Below, piece by piece: positions 1 to 11,394 of a stretch of DNA of 64,000 nucleotides. The number at the start of each line of letters is the position of its first letter. The stretch's first letter is position 1. The stretch comes from Amphiscolops sp. MND2022 (taxonomy: Eukaryota). The translations under genes were made by a program, and so were the position numbers. The DNA lies in NCBI GenBank assembly GCA_964187785.1, contig OZ076414.1, forward strand, positions 42,222,001 through 42,286,000. The letters are read 5' to 3'. The notes below the pieces were generated by a model, which did not search any database, was not told the origin of the DNA, and saw nothing but the letters and a program-made list of their open reading frames with translations.

Positions 1-1165
1 TGGTGGTTTGTGAAGTTGCCCACCTCAGTCCAGAGTCCTTGTAGGAGGGTGATGTCACCAAAGTAGGGGACAAATAGGCCTATCAAGCTGATCTGGGTCC
101 CTAGACGGACGTCTTCGGGACTCGTCAATCCCCCCGCACTTGCCATGTACTCATCGTAGAAGGGATAGCGCGGGCCGATGTCAACAAGGGGTACCGACTC
201 AAACAATGGCTTCTCCTTTTGAAGCTCGAATGTGGACAGTACGTATCCGTCCTTTCCTCTGACAGCGTGGACAATGGTGCCTGAGACTTTGTCGAGCTTG
301 CCCAAGTGCTCGTATCGCCAACGTTGGTTCTTCCTAAGATGACCCTCAGTCTGATAGTGGCGAACGATCTCACGTGCACCCTTGGAGAAGATGGACACAT
401 TAGTCTTTCATATCTGGCAATAGAATTTGTACTTATTGTGTACAGGATCGAGTGGGCCAGTAACGAAAACTTTTGTCCATTGGATCCCCTTGAAATATGC
501 GGGTTTCATCACTTTACCCGGCCGGCTCATCAATCTTCGCCTCTTTCGAGGGGCGCTGTGTTTGGATGGTTGACGTGCAGATTGGGCCCCCATTTAGCAT
601 AGGGGTTCATAGTCGCCTTCATTGTACCCGGGACTGGGAACGACGGCTTGTTCTGACGAAGTAACGCAATTTGTAGTGTTTGGCGCAAAACACTCCCCGG
701 TGGCAGGTGTGCCAGACTCAGACCCAACTTCTTGGCTGGTAGTTGCCCCGCCTATCTCTTCGTCAGTGGAGTAAGCTCCGCTGGTGTTACCATCGGTGGT
801 GTAGCCTTCCCGTCAGATTCTCCCTCTGAACTGACTGACGTGCGGAGATCGGGGATACTTCCTCGCATTAGGGCTTTCCTTAACTGGCTTGTGGTTTGTC
901 CCTTCCCTCCGTGGACCGCTTGTAGGACTAGGGAACGCATGGAATGCAGAGAAGACTTGGATGTCTCGTCAGAGATGGTCTTCAAGACAGCATGGATTTG
1001 GGGCTCACTAAATGCCACTGCTGTGTGCCCCCTGGGGAGTTCAATTGGAACATTTTGAGCAACATACTTGCGGAGCATAAGTCTCCCGTTAGCAGATAGC
1101 TCCGTGGGCAATGAGGGCTCCTTTTGACCGCGTGGCATCTGGGCTTTGCTAGGGCCCTGACTCAT
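1..1165 (-). pseudogene. Zinc-finger (BED/U1-like C2H2) ORF of a mobile element, disrupted; continues past the window start
   Basis: ATG at 1165. One frameshift near 815 joins ...SSEGESDG to GYTTDGNTSG.... In-frame TAA at 594-596 and TGA at 408-410. Reading through gives FYCQI*(C)KTNVSIFSKGAREIVRHYQTEGH (C-x2-C...H-x5-H). The frame is then open to base 1. Confidence 0.6.
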
Positions 1166-1893
1166 TGATTCCTCAGGCTCGATTGCAGCTGTGACAGGAT
1201 CAGTTCCACGATGCTGGAGGTGGGCCTGTCAGTCAACCCGTCCGCCCCTGCCCTGTCATATAAGTCCTCTACCTCACTCGCATCTGTCTCGAAATAGTTC
1301 CTCTGTCGCTCTTCAGATAAATCGAAAATGCTAGAGTCAAACAATCTGGTGGCACTTTGCTGCTCAACATCAATTTTCTGAATTCTGAGCTGTATGGTGA
1401 TAAGGACTTCAGACTCCGAAACCTTGCTAGCAGTTGGCTCAGGTTCTTTCTGCTGGGAATTTTCATCTGGTGCTGTTAGGAGGCTGATATCCAAAGTAGG
1501 GTCTGAGTGCGCTAAGGTACGCAAGGTTTGATCTGCAAACGCAGACAAGCTTTCTTCGGTGTTGCCACTACTCGAAGACAAGTTTGACAATGGCCTAATC
1601 CCTAATTGTAGTGTTGCTCCTTCCTCTCCAGTCGACTGGGAGTTGTTTCGGTGCTGACGATTCGGCAAGCTCTGAGTGGCCTCAGCAGGATCAGTAATTG
1701 GCGGCTCTTGTGCTTCAGTTTGCTGTTCAGACGACATGTCTAAACAAAAAGAAATGAAATCGAGCGGAAACCTTCCTGAATATGAATCCATTACCGCGTT
1801 GGAAAATGTTCCGGAAGTAGATAAGTTTGAACTCAAGTGAACACTTGGGTTATTGGACAGGAAGTACATGAATGAAATGAGAGTTCTGATCAA
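1162..1893 (-). CDS. Hypothetical acidic/low-complexity protein of the left-end element (likely start MSSEQQ near 1737)
   Basis: 243-codon open frame in GC-richer sequence. Its TGA overlaps the ATG of the next ORF (ATGA, 1162-1165). Confidence 0.5.
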   Translation of the reverse strand: MIRTLISFMYFLSNNPSVHLSSNLSTSGTFSNAVMDSYSGRFPLDFISFCLDMSSEQQTEAQEPPITDPAEATQSLPNRQHRNNSQSTGEEGATLQLGIRPLSNLSSSSGNTEESLSAFADQTLRTLAHSDPTLDISLLTAPDENSQQKEPEPTASKVSESEVLITIQLRIQKIDVEQQSATRLFDSSIFDLSEERQRNYFETDASEVEDLYDRAGADGLTDRPTSSIVELILSQLQSSLRNQ

Positions 1894-2486
1894 ACCTCAG
1901 ATTTGTTCAACTATAACAAAATCGAAAAGTAGCCTAAAATTTACTGACCTATCTGATTTTGACCCTCGGAGAGATCGTGATTTGAGTCTGCCATGAGCTT
2001 CAACGAATTGTGCTTGGAGTTGTTTCTCTTTAAAGGAGGTCGTGAATTGGAGTTGGTTGGTAGTGACCAAAGCCTGGACTGTTAGTCGGTCGGACAAGGC
2101 AATCTGGGTGAATCCTCCACTAGAACAGGGACGAGAGGACACTGAGTCCCAAGACGGAGATGGGATGAAGATGAATAGAAAATATATAAGTAAAAGAGAC
2201 TCAAAGACTAACTACTCACTAAAGATAAGACGGATAAATACAGTGGTGATTAAATACTGGGTTAAGAAGAATGAAAGTAGTGGAATTGGATAATAAAGAA
2301 TTGAAAGGCGAATCGGCAAATTGACAAAATGTCGAAGTTGGAGTTCGTGGCTATACAGTTTGGTGTCAAATTTACAGTTATTTACAATGTACGACGTTAT
2401 GTGGATAAAGTCTGCCAGCGATATCTACATTTCTCCATTTATTTCGAAAACTTTGTTATTTTACAAATTATTTCATGATTTTATCT

Positions 2487-2512
2487 TATTTTATTTTATT
2501 TTATTTTATTTT
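2487..2512. repeat. (TATTT)n microsatellite
   Basis: About five perfect tandem units seen directly. Confidence 0.85.
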
Positions 2513-3006
2513 CAAGGTCATTTCATATTATTCCTTATATGGATTTATGGCCTTGGGGAGCCATCTTGGCTTGGAAGAAATTTTGCTGCATTGCTATTGG
2601 CTGATCACATTATTGGTGGACGACGTGGCTGACAGCCATATCTTCACCTACTTAAAACTCTCAAGTACCTGATGAGTGTTAATAAACACTTGAAGTTACA
2701 CTCCTAGCTTGAAAGTGCTAGCATAACTGATGATGATCAACAAAGTGATTGTCGGCAAATATGAAGCGGCTTAGCGGTTTGATGAAACGTTTAAGGAAGA
2801 AAATTTTGTTATTGAAAAATTACCAGACGGGAAACGAAACAGAAAACCCGGGAAAGTAAAATCGCGATATGGTGGAAATCCCGCGAGGCGATGAAGAAGA
2901 AAATCGCCATTTATACGATTTCAACCGCCTAAGTCAGCTGCTTTCGAAACTCAAAACACTAAAGTTCTTTTCAAAAATTGCCAAAAAAATAATAAAATCT
3001 AGGTTC

Positions 3007-3828
3007 ATGTCTGACTTCTCCGAAACATTCTCGATGGACTTCTTGGGCGCTGCTCAATCTGAGGGAGCTCCTGCAATAATATGTATTTCAAGCGATGAGG
3101 ATGAAAAAATGAATTCCTTTGATGGAGACTCAGTGGACGACGTCTATGTCTCATCTGAAGAGGAAATGCTGGACATCGAGATTATGGCGAGATGTATAGA
3201 AAGTCAAATGGCTGAACCCATCGCTATTCCCAATGCAGACACGACAGGTACTCAAGCTAGATGCGGGACGCCCAAACCAGATTTGCCGCCTTTCCCTACT
3301 TTCACCCAACAGTTTTTCAACCTGGGTATGGGCAATGAACTTATTTGACGGGATGACCGAATTAGACCCAATCATCCCATTAATATCTGCAGAGACCTAC
3401 GACCTAATATTGATACCCCAATCTCGCCGCCACCAGAAGAAAGGGGACCAGTCTCTGAACAAGATACACCAAGTTGTTCTTACACAACAAGCTCAACTTC
3501 AGTCGAGACTGTAGCAAATCATTTCAATGACATGTCAGTGTCTGGCAACGCGGGTTTGTTGGGCTGCTCGGACTGTGTGGTTTGTGGGAAACCAGTCCAA
3601 CAAATACAGGTTGAAGCAGTCAACGACTACCTCAATAAAACAGTGGTGCCAGGCGAGACGTTAGCTGAAACGGAGAGAAGAAAAAGGGCCTTCCTTGACG
3701 GAATGGCCGCTGGCACATTTTTGCTTATGCCAGGGGGAGTGTCGCACGCGGCCGCCTGCGATGGCAACTGGTACACGGTCGCATATGGCTATTGCAGCGC
3801 CCTTCCCGGAACAATTCCACTAGATTGA
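3007..3828 (+). pseudogene. Accessory ORF (~273 codons) with acidic N-terminus and CSDCVVCG motif, one premature stop
   Basis: Track ORFs 2869-3348 and 3532-3828 share a frame. After the TGA at 3346-3348 the frame stays open (RDDRIRPNHP...TVANHFND) into MSVSGNAG. Confidence 0.55.
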
Positions 3829-3999
3829 GGAAGCGCAAGCGATCGGGACAATATGTCCAAGAAATCCAAGACTCGTAATAAAACTTTGTGATAAATTTGT
3901 TTTGTATTACTGTTTTACATTATTGTGTCATTTAATAACATACAGCTAGTGGATATATTCCTTGATAGTTATGTTTTAAAACATGTAAATATAATTAGA

Positions 4000-5293
4000 T
4001 GTAATGTGAATTGGACACCAAGGCGTACAGGTAGGGGAAACGCGTTCAAAGTGTTTTCTCTCCTGTCGCCGTGGACAAACAGTCCAAGCTAAAATCAACA
4101 AATCACATTTCACCATTCAACTAAGCACTCTAATACAGTGCTGTTATTTGCGGACATTATGGCTACGTGCCGTTCATTCTCAAATACTAATACGCTTGTT
4201 AAGGCGATGGGACATTGAGTCCAATTTAATTGGTGCTTTCATGATTATAGTAATAGACTTAATTTTAGGAATAGTGCTAAGTACAATTACATTCTTACAA
4301 ATAAAGGTGCTATATCTGAAGCCCCTTTCTTGGCTCAAAGGCCGATCCTGGCCAAAAGTCTAAATTCTCCTGATTGAAGTATATGAGAATATGATTTGAA
4401 TATGTACGTTACATGAATTTTACATGTAGTGTTGCTTTTACCATCACAAAAGTGCAATTGTCCCTTAAGGACAAGCGAGGTGGTACAAAGCCTTTGATGT
4501 GGCCAATAGGTCAGTACGTCATGTAATCCATATGTAAGTGATGCTATTTTTAGATCAACATTTGTCTATTTTTAGTAACATGACTTGAATTGTTTTGATT
4601 GTCATGCAACTCCTACTATATATACTCCGGGCGCTGAGCCCGCAGGACATTGTTTACGATACTTGTAATATTGAAAGTAAAACAACCACTCAACCATTTC
4701 TTTGCAAGGATAATTCAAATTGTTTCACTTGTAACAAATCCTTATGCCTTCCACGAGAAGACAAAAAGCCAAAGCTAGAAAGTCTAGGGAAATGGACATG
4801 ATGTCGGACATAGATAATCTAGGCGTGATGCTAGGGAGTGGAAATGAAAACCCTATTGAAAGGGAGCTAGCAAATGCAATTGAACAATCCTCGGTCCAAG
4901 GTGACTATGAGGCAAATGAGTACCAAAGGGACAACTATAGGATTTTGGCACAAGAAAATGAATCCCTTAGACAAAATGAGGTTAGACAGTCTTTTGAGAA
5001 CTTCACAAGTGAATTTAATCTTAGGCTGTCCCAAGAAATGGATTCCATGTTGTCTATGGTCCATGGTCAGATAAACAGAGCGATCAACACTGCTATATCA
5101 GAGAGAGTTATCCCTGAGATTCAAATCATTGTCAGTTCTATGTCATCTTCAGGAAATAGGGACACTGAGGTCAGTTTGTCCCCTTGTAGTCAGGAAATCA
5201 GGGAAAATTCATCCGGGTTGAAATCGAAAATAACAAAAAAGGACTCAAGGTCTGTTGGTGATTAAAGAGACACCGCACCTAGTAGTCATTACA
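4000..5293 (+). repeat. Probable LTR (~1.29 kb) of a second large LTR-type element
   Basis: Bounded by inverted TGTAATG...CATTACA; AATAAA near 4300; abrupt change to a host repeat after 5293. No second copy, TSD, PBS or PPT is visible in the window. Confidence 0.45.
4744..5265 (+). CDS. 173-aa helical hypothetical protein (MPSTRRQKAK...) inside the putative LTR
   Basis: Open frame with a basic N-terminus and a coiled-coil-like middle; TAA lies 28 bp before the CATTACA end. Confidence 0.5.
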   Translation: MPSTRRQKAKARKSREMDMMSDIDNLGVMLGSGNENPIERELANAIEQSSVQGDYEANEYQRDNYRILAQENESLRQNEVRQSFENFTSEFNLRLSQEMDSMLSMVHGQINRAINTAISERVIPEIQIIVSSMSSSGNRDTEVSLSPCSQEIRENSSGLKSKITKKDSRSVGD

Positions 5294-5359
5294 CTAGCGA
5301 CAAATTTGGTCAAGGGAGTTGTTTCTTCTGACAAATGGTTTTCGAGATAATGCATTTTT

Positions 5360-5972
5360 AGTCGGCGCTTCATAAAGTGAAACGCGACTATACTAGTGGC
5401 TTTTTTCAATCCACACGAACTGACCAAAATAGTTCTTAAAAGTTCTACGATACTTTAAGGTGTCAAAATTCCATTTGGCCCAAGGAACTTAACTACAAGA
5501 ATTTTTTCGGCATTGTGAGACTTTTTTCGAATTTGTTTTTTCACCAAAGGTCCCCTTTCAATTTTTTAACGTTTAGCGACAGAATGTATGTTGACAAATC
5601 ACAAATGGTCCCCCTTTCAGTTTTATTCGGCATTGTGAGAGTTTTTCGTCCAATTTGTTTTTTCACCAAAGCTTCAACTTTTTGAAGTTTTCCGACATAA
5701 TGGATGTTGAAAAATCCCAAAGGGTCCCGCTTTCAGTTTTTTTCGGCATTGGGAGACTTTTTTCAAAAATTTTTCATGTCTTCAATGGGTCCCCCTTCAA
5801 TATTTTTGATGTTTTGCGACAGAAATATTGAAAATTCCGAAAGGGTCCCCCATTTTAGCGCGTGGATTCGGTCCAACGTTTGGGTTTTTCGGGTACTGTA
5901 AATACTTGATTTTTTGGAGTTCTTTTGCTATTTTTGACCTTGGGTATGGCGCCGACTTATGCCGTTCTCGGC
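5360..5972 (+). mobile_element. Non-autonomous Helentron/Helitron2-like repeat, copy 1
   Basis: TTTTT-AGTCGGCGC at 5360-5368; its reverse complement GCGCCGACT at 5949-5957; hairpin GCCG-ttct-CGGC at 5961-5972; then TTTTT. Body matches 41459-42089 in reverse. Confidence 0.65.
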
Positions 5973-6156
5973 TTTTTAAGTATCAAAATACATAGCCTCA
6001 AAATACTATGTAAAATAATTTTTGTACTTTTAATTTAATTTCGAAATAAAAAACACCGAGCCTATGTTTGAAAAACAATGAATCAAAGAATGGAATAGAA
6101 GTCGCACAATTAGATGGATGTAATTTCAACTGTAGTTTTATATCTTCTTTCATCAT

Positions 6157-6229
6157 AGTGATTTTAGATTTTAATCCCCCAAATTACAGTGATTTTAGAT
6201 TTTAATCTTCCAAATTACAGTGATTTTAG
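6157..6229. repeat. 31-bp tandem repeat, ~2.3 copies
   Basis: AGTGATTTTAGATTTTAATC(CC/TT)CCAAATTAC units start at 6157, 6188 and 6219. Confidence 0.85.
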
Positions 6230-7296
6230 TGATTCCAATACTTGTTAGTAAAAACATAGTTTAGACTTTAATGAGACTACCAGGATTCAGGCCAAAAAAA
6301 GCATCAATCTGCTTCTTAAAAGGCAATGAAAGTGTATTGCTTGATTATAGCATTTGGTAAGCATTTAGTGAAAATCCAATATGGCCTCATATATGTACCA
6401 ACTTCGACTTTTTCAACGGAGTTTTTTTAGAACTGCCAAAGTGTTTGAGAATTTTTTGTGAACTTGAGTTACTCTTGGCACTCGTTGGGATCCTTTGAAG
6501 GAGTTAAGTCCACTCGAGTGTCATACGGGAATGCGATAAGACCACAATTTTCCGGTGATCTTTGTAGTAATTCTGCAACATTAAATGCTATCCAATATTA
6601 TAAAGTCATCAGCTTTTTCAAAAAAAAGTTGTCCGGTAAACCCTGATATTCAAACCTTTTTCATATTTTCATGGTTTCAAATTTTGAAATAAACTGCAGT
6701 GCCACATGTTTGTTGATTTGTATTGATGCAAATGCAAATATCAAGAATGCTGTAACTCACTTCATCACAAATATCTGACCGTGTAAACTAACTCGTGAAA
6801 ATCAATAAACTAGTAACCACGCCATCCAAACAGTCATTCATCACTTCAGTGGGTTCTCTAGAAATTTGATAAACTTGGCCATCTTAAATTTAACCAGACG
6901 ACTTTCTTTACCGACTGATACGATATTGTGAGATACCTCCATAACTTATGGCTTCGTAAAAATAGAATTCGAATTTTCCAATAAAAATCGGAGTCCAGAT
7001 GGAAAATAAAAAGCTAATTTTTTCAATGTCGGATAATCAGAAAATCGGGGTTCAAATTATAGAGATTTTTAGCTAGTTTGAATATTTTGGTTGTAGTGAA
7101 ACAACTTTTTAAATCTCCAAGTACAGCAAAAAACTCTCTATCGGTACCATCATTGAGAATGAGAACATTTCAGAAAATTATACATTTTGTCCATAGGAAC
7201 GAAAAACAAACTTTTTGAAACTGAGAACTTTGTTACATTTTAATCATTCAATGTAAAATTATGGGGTCATTACGCCGAAAGGTCTGAAAGGCTACG

Positions 7297-8866
7297 ATGA
7301 CAACGACCTACAATACCGCCTCAAACGCTGGAAGTGCAGGATCGAAACTCGAAATCAGAATCGATGTTTTCTCAGTCCAGGAAGTTATTTCTTTAGACTT
7401 CATCAAAAGCATCTTGACCGGAGCCGGTGCTCCGCACGGACCCAACAGCAGGGATGAACTGCTAATTATTTGACAAAAAAAGTTGTAACTTTTTCGTCAG
7501 TTATAACTATTTGACAGTATGTGACGTCATGAATATTTTGCCCACTTTTTGGCAAAAAGTGTATGCACAATCTTAGTAATGCAATATGTAATGAGGTACC
7601 CAATGTTGCCAAAGGTCTAAGGTGACAAACTTCTTCTGAGGCTTCGGGAAACTTTCAAAATATCGAAAACTGGGTTTGTTTGAACTCGCGTTTGTGGCTT
7701 CTGGTTGCCAAATGATGTTTCAAACGAATGTGAATTTTTCCCATACTCATAAAATTTCAATTTCTATAAAACAAATTGGTGTGTAAAACTCATTCGTGCA
7801 ATTTTACGAGTACAATTTCATTTACAGTAGAAACTTTACAGTAGAAAGATATTAAACGTGGAATTATGTAATTGGAAAGCAATGGTTGTTTTCAGAACCT
7901 AAAAATAATACTCATTTTGATAAGTTCTTTCAATAAACATCCCTCTTGCCCTCTAGCGACAATTCTGTATCCTCGCAAAGCAGCCATCGCGTGATCAAGG
8001 ACATTACCGTAAAAGGAAGAAGAAGTGCAAAAGGAGAAGGTGTGAAGTTATCGAACTTGCGAGTGTTCTTCAAGAAGGAAAAGGAGCCAGAAATGACAGT
8101 GAGGGTACTCTTGACCGCAGTTCCCCCAGAGAAGGCAACTGTAAGCAAACTGTAATTGAAATGTCGGCGAGCAGGAATAACGTCCCAGAAATAACATCTA
8201 AATGCAAAACGGGAACAATATCTGAAGCCAAGTCATACTTATTGCCTATCTTAAGGCATCGATTTTTCGACGTTATTCATTCAGACCTTATTTCCGAAAC
8301 ACTTATTTTTTAGACGTTATTAATGCTGCTAGAAACAGCCACTTTTGACAATATGCAAACCAATCGTATGCAGTGTTGGTGGTGGCGCGGTAGCTTAGGC
8401 ACTCCTATGTTATGTCGGGATTCTAATATATCCTTTCAAGTGCAAATGATTTAGCTTCCGAAAAAAAAGAAACAGGGGCTCGCAAATTTGAAGTAATAAT
8501 GAGATTTTCGAAGCATCTTTTCTTTGACGCCATTTGTTTGCCTAAAAACCAAATATGGATACCATGAACTTTGAACGTTTGCGCAACTTCCTTTGTGATT
8601 GAGGAAAGATTGCTGAGCAGGAAGTGAAAAGTAGCGCAATTTGCATTTCAGTTGCAGTCCACTCGAACAGACGCCATTGTCTTTCTCTTCGACATCAACG
8701 AAGAGTGCCTAGAGGGAGTTCTGGCTCTCAAGAAAGAACTCACAGAGTCCCTGGGTCACATGTTTTATGGAAACATGCCGTTATTGTTTTTGGTGGGCAA
8801 CAGGTTATAGCTTTATATTTTACCAACAAAAAATGTAGGAATGCTGTACAGAGTCGAATTGTATAG
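7297..8866 (+). CDS. Spliced host gene, Ras-superfamily-like fold with degenerate G motifs (putative pseudo-GTPase)
   Basis: Exons ~7297-7451, 7957-8140 (tag| ... |gtaagc), 8652-8803 (ttcag| ... |gttata) and possibly 8839-8866. Exons 2 and 3 join in phase 0 (PPEKAT|LQSTRTDAIVFLFDIN...MPLLFLVGN), matching the beta4-alpha3-beta5/G4 pattern. The exon 1 donor and last exon are uncertain. Confidence 0.5.
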
Positions 8867-9004
8867 GATCAAAAAAATAGCAAAATTATCCAGGATCGAA
8901 TTCTGACTTGATTTTGTCAAGGATCGAATGAGGTTAAAATTTCATTATTATTACACCATACCTCCAGTGCCCTAAATGCAAAAACGTAGCAACGTGCCAC
9001 TACT

Positions 9005-9366
9005 GGGGAGCATGACGTAGTGGTCAGAGCATTCGGCCTGTGTTGTGGTATCAGATTCGAATCTCTTTCAACTCACCATTGTTGGTCCTTAAGCAAGTCC
9101 TTCATCACTAGCATAGTGGCATGGTCAATGACAAAAAAACACATTTGGTGGAGAAAAGCAAAACAAAAAAGCAACTGTGAGCAGTCAGGCCTTTGTGACC
9201 ATGAGCAAGTCAGTTTGAACCCACAGCTTCAAGCCCACCATTGCTTGACCACTTGGCTGCAAATATGGTACCATAGCTTGCTATGGGGAGATAGTATCCG
9301 AAAGAGCAGATCCTTAGAAGAGCAGAACTACCTATTCGGCGTCCACCCCGCGATAATGGGGAAATT
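9005..9366 (+). mobile_element. tRNA-headed SINE-like repeat, near full-length copy
   Basis: A-box-like TGACGTAGTGG at 9013-9023 and B-box-like GATTCGAATCT at 9054-9064. Body (with palindrome TATGGTACCATA) recurs at 61709-62022 (+) and 62915-63218 (-). Confidence 0.65.
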
Positions 9367-10344
9367 CGTACAGCGACAACTGATATCAAGCGACAACTCA
9401 TATCAGGCAACCACTCATATCAATTTGAAAAAGCGACAACTCATATCGAGCGATAATTCATATCAGTCAAAACTCATATCAGAAAATTAAAATCTTTATA
9501 CTAAAGTTCATTCCAAACAATTCATTAGACCATTAGTGGAAATTAGGTAGTTGATAAGTAATAATTAGAAATTATAAAATAGGGTGTCAGGACATTTTAT
9601 CCTATGCAATTTCAACCTATGCAATTTCAACCGTTGCCATTTCAACCGCTCACAATTTCAACCTATTGCATTTTCAACCATTCGCAATTTCGACCTAAAC
9701 TAATTTTGGCTATTTAGTCTTAATTCGGTTGAGCTATTCTTCCGGTGTAATAATTACTAATGAATCAAACAGCGTTAATTATTTGTAATAATTCATGAAG
9801 AAGCCAAAACGTACCGAAACTGGCGTAAAACTTGGCACATTTGAATTTAGAAATGTATGAAAGTTAAAACCACCAAAATAATTATGTAACTAATTAAGAT
9901 CCATTAGCTAAAATTAGTTTAGGTCGAAATTGCGAACGGTTGAAAATGCACTAGGTTGAAATAGTGAGCGGTTGAAATTGCAACGGTTGAAAGTGCATAG
10001 GTTGAAAGTGTATAGGACGAAATGTCATGTAACCATAAAATAGTAACAAGTTTCTACAGTAAATATTAGTGTAATGGATAATCACTTCTTTATCACACTT
10101 TTGAGCAGAGCGCATAAAATGCGAAATAATTCGAAATAAACGTTGGAATTTCCAATTGCAGCAAATTATAAATTGCACTTGAGGTTGAATTTAAGTATTT
10201 ATAACATATTGGCAAACCTGATATGAGTTGTCGCTTTTTCTAAATTGATATGAGTTATCGCTTGATATGAGTTGTCGCTTTTTCAAATTGATATGAGTTG
10301 TCGCCTGATATGAGTTGTCACCTGAAATCAGTTGTCGCTATGCC
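9367..10344. mobile_element. Mutator-type MITE/foldback A (outer)
   Basis: ~115-130-bp TIRs built of GCGACAACTCATATCA subrepeats. 9-bp TSD GGGGAAATT (9358-9366) / GGCGAAATT (10345-10353), 8/9 identical. Confidence 0.75.
9583..10034. mobile_element. Mutator-type MITE B (inner, nested in A)
   Basis: ~125-bp TIRs of ~15-bp ATGCAATTTCAACC-like subrepeats. Perfect 9-bp TSD ATAAAATAG at 9574-9582 and 10035-10043. Confidence 0.85.
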
Positions 10345-11394
10345 GGCGAAATTAATTTATCTTATCTACTTGACCAGCGGCAGGTTTAGACGAAGGCCGA
10401 CCAGGAGGGTTATCTTTTTTGATCCTGTCTAATTCGATTCTAAATCACTTGACACTAAATAATTCGTTGCTTTTGATTCTAAATAATTCGACCTTGGAGA
10501 AGCAACTCAAAAATGTGACGGTCACTAACGGGGTATCAGAACGTAACTTAAGGCATACCTTGAAGGAAACAAGCTTGGCTCTTTGCTTTGCAAACAAAAC
10601 CATACGGTTTGGTAATAGTTAGAACTAGTTTGGTAAAAAGCAATTCAAATGTGAACAAATCAACGAGAAAAGATTTAGGAAGCTGCAGCGATATTACTTT
10701 TAACGTCTTGTTGTATAATGTTGTAAATTTTAGACAATTTGTCCGGATTGAAAAACAAGACGCCCGCTGAGCAGCGAGATAATTTCCGCCCGAACTGTTC
10801 TACAACTACATAAATTTGAGGCTCAAGGATAACTAATGCACAATAAAAATGCTAAGAAGTTCGAAGAAAAGAAAGCTTCGATTTATCTTTGCCCAGTTGT
10901 GAAGGAAACACCTTTATTTTAGTATTTCTGCAATAGCTGGCCAGTTTTCGTAATTTCGACACTATGCGATTTACCGAGTGAAATTTTTCATTTTTTTTCG
11001 AAGACAATTTTTCTCTAAAGGCCGACTGAAATAAGCGTTCAATCCTTGTTGAATCTTTGCCATTGTTCTGAATCCAAAACGCTTCAAAATGTAGACATGG
11101 GTTGCTTAAAAACGATGATGTTGAAAGCAAAAAAATGTTGGTGTTTTTGAAGCAAAACACTGCAGCGTTCTCTTCGAAAAATGTATTGCATAGCTCGTTC
11201 TTTCGTTGTTGAGCGTTATGGAACTAATAACGAAGACTTTCGGGAATTGCACGGAAATTGCATCAAAAACGACAAAAACGTCGAATTTTTCGACTACTTC
11301 AAGGTCAATTTCAAGCACTTTTGAATAAGAAATTGTTCTTATCTGTTGTCGAAAGCTTACAGAGACAACAACTTTCTCATTTTTTAGGGGTTTT

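Noticed and set aside
5245-5901. Short ORFs in Helentron-like, satellite and MITE repeats (also 10852-12838, 32405-33829, 41431-42225)
   Set aside because: Phe/Lys-rich translations of AT-rich repeats with no coding signal.
9005-9075. Functional tRNA gene
   Set aside because: A/B-box-like motifs are present, but acceptor and anticodon stems pair poorly and the sequence runs into a repeat body.
9369-10342. CRISPR-like short repeat arrays
   Set aside because: Units abut without unique spacers and form mirror-image TIR arms with TSDs; the context is eukaryotic and there are no cas genes.
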